Source of the DNA: a virus
Reading direction: 5' to 3' (one strand)
DNA length: 64,000 nt
IMG/VR virus record: IMGVR_UViG_3300032242_001694
Below, in pieces: positions 58,313-64,000 of the stretch. How positions within the stretch are numbered: position 1 is the stretch's first letter; every line of letters begins with the position of its first letter. A model generated the notes under the pieces. It ran no database searches, was not told where the DNA came from, and worked only from the letters and a program-made list of their open reading frames with translations. The position numbers and the translations under genes are program-made.

Positions 58313-61300
58313 CTATATTAAATTGAATCCTGCTGCTGTAGCATAAACTTGTCCTGCTGTTATAGTAGTTCCCCAGTAAGTATTGGCAGCGGTACCCGAT
58401 GTGAATAATATCTGACCAGCTGAACCTGCGCTTCCATTTGCGATGATAACTCCATTAACTGCAAGATTCGCGGTAACTGTCAACTGCGAAGAATTAGCAA
58501 TGATGTTAGTTCCAACGTTTGCCGACGTAGTAACGTATAATGTAGCAGTATTAGTTTGATTAACGATATTTATAGCAATCGCATTAACTAAACTAGAATT
58601 TGCAGTAAAAGCAGTCCCAACGTTTGCCGACGTAGTAACGTATAGAGTTGTTGTATTAGTCTGACCTGTTATATTTATGGCCGCAGTATTAACTAGCGTT
58701 GCGTTAGCCGTAAACGTAGTGCCGACTGTGTGAGATGCTGCGTTGACTATACCTGTGTAAACTCCAGTTGTATTTGCAATCGTAACAGCATTAACATTTA
58801 GACCAATAGTATTTAAGTACGCATTAACTGTGTTGTTACCAACAAACAGAGTGGTAACGTTTGCGATAAGTCCTCCGGTTCCAGTACCTGTAGTTCCAGT
58901 GGTGTAAGAAACTGCATTTATCGAACCGCTGAATAGAGCGCCAGTAAGTAGTGCATAGTTGGCAAGATTTGTTGAGAGCTGGTTAGTGTTTACATATGAC
59001 TTACCATCAACATACGACGTAGCATTGCTGTAAGCGGTGGCTGCATTACTCGTTATCGCAGTGTTGACTGTACCAATTCTAGTGTCGGTGTATGTTGTAG
59101 CATTACTGTAAGCAGTAGCAGCATTGCTGGTTATTGCCGTGTTGACTGTACCAATTCTGGTGTCTGTATAAGTTGTAGCATTGCTATAAGCTGTTGCAGC
59201 ATTACTCGTTATCGCAGTGTTGACTGTACCAATTCTAGTGTCGGTGTATGTTGTAGCATTACTGTAAGCAGTTGCAGCATTGCTCGTGATAGCAGTATTA
59301 ACGGTGATGATTCTAGTGTCAACGTATGTCGTGGCATTACTGTAAGCTGTAGCAGCGTTACTCGTGATAGCGCTGTTAACTGTAGCAATTCTGGTATCAA
59401 CATAGGTAACAGCATTAGAATAAGCTGTCGCTGCATTGCTCGTGATAGCAGTATTAACTGTAGCGATCTTTGTATCAACGTATGAAGTAGCGTTACTGTA
59501 CGCAGTAGCCACATTTGCAGTCATTAGAGCAGTGTTGCTGTATAGAGAGAGGTTGCTTGATAGCTGGGCGTTTGAGACAACGTTTGCAGCTGAGACGCTT
59601 CCAACAAAGCTTGTATTGTTAGACGTTGCGTTGAAAAACGTAGAGTTTATAGTTGAGTATACAGTAGTGTTGCCAACATAGATTGTGTTTGCTTGGAAAT
59701 TAGCAATATGAAATGTTGTGTTTGTCTTGTCAATGTAAGGAGATGCATCCGGCTCTGGAAGATAGTTGTCAAAGACTTTAAAAGTACCATCGCTTGCATC
59801 TCTAAAGAAACCGGCGTGGTGGTAAGTACCGTCGTTATAGTTACCTGCAAAACCAAGATCTGGATTTGCCACGTCACTGTTGCTGTTAAGATAGATCATG
59901 TTATCTTTAACAGACAAGCTTTGAACGTTAAGAGTAACAAGGTTACCGCTAACTGTTAAGTTTCCTTGAATCGTTACATTACCGCTTACTGTTAAGTTAC
60001 GGCCGACTAACAAATCATTTATAGTATTTGCATTATTTGCTGAAACATTGCCGGTGAAAGAATTAATTCCGTTTGAAAGCAAAGCATAATTGGCAAGATT
60101 AGACGATAGCTGACTCGTATTAACAAATGATCTGCCATCAACGTATGAAGTTGCGTTAGAATAAGCAGTTGCTGCATTTCCCGTGATAGCCGTATTTACA
60201 GTGCTAATGCGCGTGTCGGTGTAACTAGCAGCGTTAGAATAAGCAGTTGCGGCGTTGCTCGTGATAGCGCTGTTAGCTGTAGCAATTCTAGTATCTGTGT
60301 ATGAAGTGGCATTGCTATAAGCAGTGGCTGCATTACTTGTTATAGCCGTGTTAACGGTGATGATTCTAGTATCAACGTATGTTGTAGCATTGCTATAAGC
60401 AGTAGCAGCATTAGAAGTTATAGCTGTATTAACAGTACCAATCTTTGTATCAGTGTAAGTTACAGAGTTACTGTATGCGGTAGCTGCATTAGAAGTTATA
60501 GCGGTATTAACGGTAATAATTCTAGTATCAACGTATGTTGTGGCATTACTGTATGCGGTAGCAGCGTTAGAAGTTATAGCCGTGTTAACAGTACCAATTC
60601 TAGTGTCAGTATATGTTGTAGCATTACTGTATGAAGTTGCAGCTTTGGTATCTGCGTATGAAGTAGCGTTGGAATAAGCAGTCGCCGCATTACTTGTTAT
60701 TGCGGTGTTAACTGTACCAATTTTTGTATCAACGTATGAAGTTGCATTACTATATGCCGTAGCAGCGTTGCTTGTTATAGCTGTATTGACCGTACCAATC
60801 TTAGTGTCTGTGTAAGAAGTAGCGTTGCTGTAAGCAGTAGCTGCAGCAGTATTTGCAAATAATGTAGCATTAGAATATGCATTGGCTGCTTTTATATCAG
60901 CGTAAGAAGTAGCGTTACTATATGCCGTAGCAGCATTACTTGTTATAGCAGTGTTAACAGTTCCGATCTTTGTGTCAACATATGAAACTGCGTTGCTGTA
61001 AGCAGTCGCTGCATTAGATGTTATAGCAGTGTTGACTGTACCAATCTTGGTATCAACATATGAAACTGCGTTGCTGTAAGCAGTCGCTGCATTAGATGTT
61101 ATAGCAGTGTTAACAGTTCCGATCTTTGTATCAGTGTAAGAAGTAGCATTTGAATATGCGGTAGCGGCATTAGATGTTATAGCAGTGTTGACTGTACCAA
61201 TCTTGGTATCAACATAAGAAGTAGCATTTGAGTAAGCATTAGAAGCTTTATCGTCAGCATATGTTTTTAAAGCATAGCTAGAAGCAGCAGTTCCTCCTAG

Positions 61301-63328
61301 ATTTGTAGAATCATTAGCAGTGAGCGTTGCAACATTAGATGACAAGCCAGCTGTAGTCTGGTAATTAGACAAGTTACCAGACAACTGGGCATTAGAGACT
61401 ACATTAGCAGCGGAAACACTTCCAACGAAAGAAGTGTTATTAGCAGTCAGTGTAGCTACATTGCTAGACAGTCCGGCTGTAGTTTGGTAGCTTGACAAGT
61501 TACCTGTTAGCTGAGCATTAGAAACAACATTAGTAGCTGAAACACTTCCAACAAAAGAAGTGTTGTTAGCAGTGAGCGTTGCAACATTGCTTGATAGTCC
61601 AGCCGTGGTTTGGTAGTTACTAAGGTTACCAGATAACTGGGCATTAGATACTACATTAGCAGCGGACACCGATCCAACAAAGCTTGTATTATTGGAAGTT
61701 AAAGTAGCTACATTAGAAGATAATCCAGCAGTAGTCTGGTAGTTACTAAGGTTGCTAGACAGCTGAGCATTTGACACAACATTAGCTGCAGAAACTGAAC
61801 CAACAAAAGAAGTGTTGTTAGCAGTGAGCGTTGCAACATTAGATAACAAGCCAGCTGTAGTCTGGTAATTAGACAAGTTACCAGACAGCTGTGCATTAGA
61901 CACAACGTTAGACGCATCAATCGATCCAACAAATGAAGTATTGTTGGATGTTGCATTGAAAAAAGTGGTGTTTATAGTCGAGTAAACTGTAGTATTGCCA
62001 ATATAGATCGTGTTGGCTTGGAAATTAGCGATATGGAATGTAGTGTTTGTCTGATCAATATACTGAGACGCATCAGGCTCTGGCAGATAGTTGTCGAAAA
62101 CTTTCCAAGTTCCAGAAGCGTGATCTCTAAAGAACCCAGCATGGTGGTAAGTGCCATCATTATAGTTAGCTGCAAAACCAAGATCGGGATTTGAAAATGT
62201 AGAATTAGAATTCAGATAAATCATGTTATCTGAGATTGATAGATTATTTGCCCCAATAACTTCTACGTTGCCGGTGATAATAAGGCTCTTCACTGAAACG
62301 TTGCCGGTGAACGTGGCAGTTGTTGCTGTTACAGACGTTGCATTTACTGTTCCGCTGTAGTTTGGAAGATAAGATGCGATGTTTGCATTTAATCCAGCAG
62401 TAGTCTGGTAATTAGATAAGTTAGAAGAAAGCTGACTTGTGTTTACGTATGACTTGCCATCGACGTATGAAGTTGCATTGCTGTAGGCCGTGGCGGCATT
62501 TGAAGTTATAGCGGTGTTAACGGTAACTATTCTACCGTCGGTGTAGGCAGCTGCATTGCTATAAGCGGTAGCAGCGTTAGAAGTTATAGCCGTGTTGACT
62601 GTACCAATTCTAGTATCGGTGTATGCAGTAGCGTTGCTGTAAGCAGTAGCTGCATTAGATGTTATAGCGCCATTGACTGTGCTGATCTTAATATCAACGT
62701 ATGAAGTTGCATTGCTATACGCGGTTGCAGCATTACTGGTTATAGCAGTGTTGACTGTACCAATTCTAGTATCTGTATAAGCAGTAGCGTTGGAATATGC
62801 CGTAGCAACATTTCCAGTCATCAATGTCGTATTGCTGTACAGAGAAAGATTACTAGAGAGCTGAGCATTAGAAACGACATTAGCAGCCGAAACGCTCCCG
62901 ACAAACAGGGCGTTATTGGCTCTTCCGGTGTATGCCGTTGAGTTGATTGTAGCGTTGACGGTGCTATTGCCGTATGTTACCGTGTTGGTAAACGTATGGG
63001 TATTTGTCCAAGTGTATCTCGCAGCCGAGTTAACGCTGCCGCCACCGCCGCCACTTACCGCAAGCCAAGAACCATTTGCGTTTAAGAAATAACTGTCAGC
63101 TGCCTGTTGGTCTGCGGTTGGAGCTGCAAATGAATATGTTACCGTAGAATTTGCAAGAGACAGTGAAGTTGAATTAATCGTCGCATTGACGGTTGAGTTG
63201 CCAGTAAATATCGTATTGCTTAAGCCAATCGTAGGAGTATTAGATGTGGTTACAGTTTCTCCGGCATCAGTGTTTCCACTTGCCTGCAAAACCATATTAT
63301 TGTCGTCTAAGAAAAGAATACCCTGCAT
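58313..63328 (-). CDS. Giant repetitive fibre protein (1671 aa)
   Basis: 26-aa and 42-aa tandem repeats, duplicated globular domain, fibre modules shared with the 18-22 kb genes. Confidence 0.8.
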   Translation of the reverse strand: MQGILFLDDNNMVLQASGNTDAGETVTTSNTPTIGLSNTIFTGNSTVNATINSTSLSLANSTVTYSFAAPTADQQAADSYFLNANGSWLAVSGGGGGSVNSAARYTWTNTHTFTNTVTYGNSTVNATINSTAYTGRANNALFVGSVSAANVVSNAQLSSNLSLYSNTTLMTGNVATAYSNATAYTDTRIGTVNTAITSNAATAYSNATSYVDIKISTVNGAITSNAATAYSNATAYTDTRIGTVNTAITSNAATAYSNAAAYTDGRIVTVNTAITSNAATAYSNATSYVDGKSYVNTSQLSSNLSNYQTTAGLNANIASYLPNYSGTVNATSVTATTATFTGNVSVKSLIITGNVEVIGANNLSISDNMIYLNSNSTFSNPDLGFAANYNDGTYHHAGFFRDHASGTWKVFDNYLPEPDASQYIDQTNTTFHIANFQANTIYIGNTTVYSTINTTFFNATSNNTSFVGSIDASNVVSNAQLSGNLSNYQTTAGLLSNVATLTANNTSFVGSVSAANVVSNAQLSSNLSNYQTTAGLSSNVATLTSNNTSFVGSVSAANVVSNAQLSGNLSNYQTTAGLSSNVATLTANNTSFVGSVSATNVVSNAQLTGNLSSYQTTAGLSSNVATLTANNTSFVGSVSAANVVSNAQLSGNLSNYQTTAGLSSNVATLTANDSTNLGGTAASSYALKTYADDKASNAYSNATSYVDTKIGTVNTAITSNAATAYSNATSYTDTKIGTVNTAITSNAATAYSNAVSYVDTKIGTVNTAITSNAATAYSNAVSYVDTKIGTVNTAITSNAATAYSNATSYADIKAANAYSNATLFANTAAATAYSNATSYTDTKIGTVNTAITSNAATAYSNATSYVDTKIGTVNTAITSNAATAYSNATSYADTKAATSYSNATTYTDTRIGTVNTAITSNAATAYSNATTYVDTRIITVNTAITSNAATAYSNSVTYTDTKIGTVNTAITSNAATAYSNATTYVDTRIITVNTAITSNAATAYSNATSYTDTRIATANSAITSNAATAYSNAASYTDTRISTVNTAITGNAATAYSNATSYVDGRSFVNTSQLSSNLANYALLSNGINSFTGNVSANNANTINDLLVGRNLTVSGNVTIQGNLTVSGNLVTLNVQSLSVKDNMIYLNSNSDVANPDLGFAGNYNDGTYHHAGFFRDASDGTFKVFDNYLPEPDASPYIDKTNTTFHIANFQANTIYVGNTTVYSTINSTFFNATSNNTSFVGSVSAANVVSNAQLSSNLSLYSNTALMTANVATAYSNATSYVDTKIATVNTAITSNAATAYSNAVTYVDTRIATVNSAITSNAATAYSNATTYVDTRIITVNTAITSNAATAYSNATTYTDTRIGTVNTAITSNAATAYSNATTYTDTRIGTVNTAITSNAATAYSNATTYTDTRIGTVNTAITSNAATAYSNATSYVDGKSYVNTNQLSTNLANYALLTGALFSGSINAVSYTTGTTGTGTGGLIANVTTLFVGNNTVNAYLNTIGLNVNAVTIANTTGVYTGIVNAASHTVGTTFTANATLVNTAAINITGQTNTTTLYVTTSANVGTAFTANSSLVNAIAINIVNQTNTATLYVTTSANVGTNIIANSSQLTVTANLAVNGVIIANGSAGSAGQILFTSGTAANTYWGTTITAGQVYATAAGFNLI
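59010..62810 (-). repeat. Three arrays of 78-bp/26-aa repeats, one array of 126-bp/42-aa repeats, and a duplicated domain of roughly 110 aa
   Basis: TAYSNATxYxDTxIxTVNTAITSNAA; NLSNYQTTAGLSSNVATLTANNTSFVGSVSAANVVSNAQLSG; two copies of DNMIYLNSNS..YHHAGFFRD..FDNYLPEPDAS; boundaries approximate. Confidence 0.9.
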
Positions 63329-63346
63329 CTAAAATCCTAAAAAAAT

Positions 63347-63423
63347 TGGCGACCCCTGCACGACTCGAACGTGCGGCCTACAGATTAGAAGTCTGTTGCT
63401 CTATCCAGCTGAGCTAAGGGGCC
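63347..63423 (-). tRNA. tRNA-Arg(TCT)
   Basis: GGCCCCT/AGGGGTC, GCTC/GAGC, ACAGA-CTTCTAA-TCTGT, GCACG-TTCGAGT-CGTGC, GCCA. Confidence 0.95.
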
Positions 63424-63483
63424 TATTCTTTGGATCAATCCGTAATATATATCAGCTTCAAAATGTCATATTAAAAAGAACTT

Positions 63484-63521
63484 GTGGGGAGATTCTGTTT
63501 CTAAGCTCTCCCCGAGCTCAT
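63484..63521 (-). repeat. 38-bp direct repeat, copy downstream of the small ORF
   Basis: 37/38 identical to 63762-63799. Confidence 0.95.
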
Positions 63522-63526
63522 ATTAC

Positions 63527-63727
63527 TTATTTCTTTTCGGCAAATGCCTTGATGGCTTCAGCCAAAGCAAAGATCTCTTCTTCATCTGGATATGCGGGAT
63601 ACACTCCAGCGAACCCATCTTCTTTTCTAATTACTGCTTCATTGAATTTAGCGTGGTAGCCATTCTGCAGTTGCTCGCGCGCAGCCATGTAATATTGAAA
63701 GCGCATTTCGTAAGGTGTAGCTGTCAT
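63527..63727 (-). CDS. Hypothetical 66-aa protein
   Basis: AAAGGA RBS after a CA-rich leader; MTATPYEMRF...YPDEEEIFALAEAIKAFAEKK. Confidence 0.75.
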   Translation of the reverse strand: MTATPYEMRFQYYMAAREQLQNGYHAKFNEAVIRKEDGFAGVYPAYPDEEEIFALAEAIKAFAEKK

Positions 63728-63761
63728 AGTTAGTTCCTTTCTGTGTGTGTTGTGTGTAGTA

Positions 63762-63799
63762 GTGGGGAGATTCTGTTTCCAAGCTCTCCCCGAGCTCAT
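63762..63799 (-). repeat. 38-bp direct repeat, copy at the tmRNA coding-piece 3' end
   Basis: ATGAGCTCGGGGAGAGCTTGGAAACAGAATCTCCCCAC. Confidence 0.95.
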
Positions 63800-64000
63800 T
63801 CTTAGGCAGCTAGTGCATAAGAGATAGGTGCATTATCGTTTGCATCTGTAACGTTTGCCATGATCTCAGTAGTACCTTTATCACACCTGTCGATCCTATT
63901 TCGCCCCCATCAAAGATACACGCGTTTGGATTCGAACCATGTTCTAGTCTTCTCGATCTGCGCTTCCCACAGTGCTGACCCGTGTATCCGTGGTGGAGGC
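63762..64000 (-). ncRNA. ssrA: Circularly permuted (two-piece) tmRNA; acceptor piece truncated by the window edge
   Basis: GCCTCCACCA (64000-63991), then an 82-nt intervening segment, then GGGGGCGAAATAGGATCGAC (from 63908); G3.U70 and A73 alanine identity; tag frame 63843-63802 ANDNAPISYALAA*. Confidence 0.92.

Noticed and set aside
386-62181. Numerous 60-180-aa antisense or alternate-frame ORFs within structural genes
   Set aside because: Shadows of biased codon usage and repeats, with no RBS or recognisable motifs
63441-63469. sigma70 promoter before tRNA-Arg (ATGACA...TATATT)
   Set aside because: Poor spacing and consensus match; cannot support it
63484-63799. 38-bp repeats as a CRISPR mini-array
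   Set aside because: Only two copies, the 240-bp spacer holds an ORF, no cas genes are present, and the repeat is the tmRNA 3' hairpin
63396-63799. ORFs 63396..63659 (+), 63482..63733 (+) and the 63799 start of the 90-aa ORF
   Set aside because: The plus-strand calls are antisense to the tRNA and small gene; the 63799 ATG lies within the tmRNA hairpin, while 63727 has a clear RBS
1-64000. Alternative genetic code or group I introns
   Set aside because: Core genes (gp17, gp18, gp20, gp32) translate uninterrupted in the standard code

Overview
This is 64 kb of a large T4-like myophage genome. The permuted tmRNA and its ANDN... tag point to an alphaproteobacterial host. The minus strand from 1 to 46.1 kb holds the virion module: the start of gp21, prohead core, gp20, gp19, gp18, gp17, gp16, gp15, gp14 and gp13. 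These are followed by about 14 kb of fibre/adhesin genes, a split DUF4815-type structural protein with a mini-intein, gp8, gp7, gp6, gp25, a split gp5, a hub protein, gp53 and gp48. The plus strand from 46.1 to 52.8 kb holds gp4, gp2, gp54, gp26, an un-called gp51 frame, a holin-like gene and two paralogous M15-peptidase proteins. Back on the minus strand come gp32, gp33 and an RNA-gene region interrupted by an 8.8-kb fibre/Gly-rich adhesin island. The best leads are missed by the ORF track. (1) A phage-encoded two-piece (circularly permuted) tmRNA whose intervening segment looks like a degenerate tRNA and whose 3' hairpin is duplicated behind the next ORF. (2) A complete tRNA(CAT) nested inside the two halves of another tRNA. 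(3) Two start-less reading frames reachable only by a -1 shift: gp26 to gp51 at T-TTT-TTT, and a prohead protein at A-AAA-AAC. (4) A mini-intein at the split point of a baseplate-associated protein. Gene calls rest on motif recognition and synteny; no searches were run.
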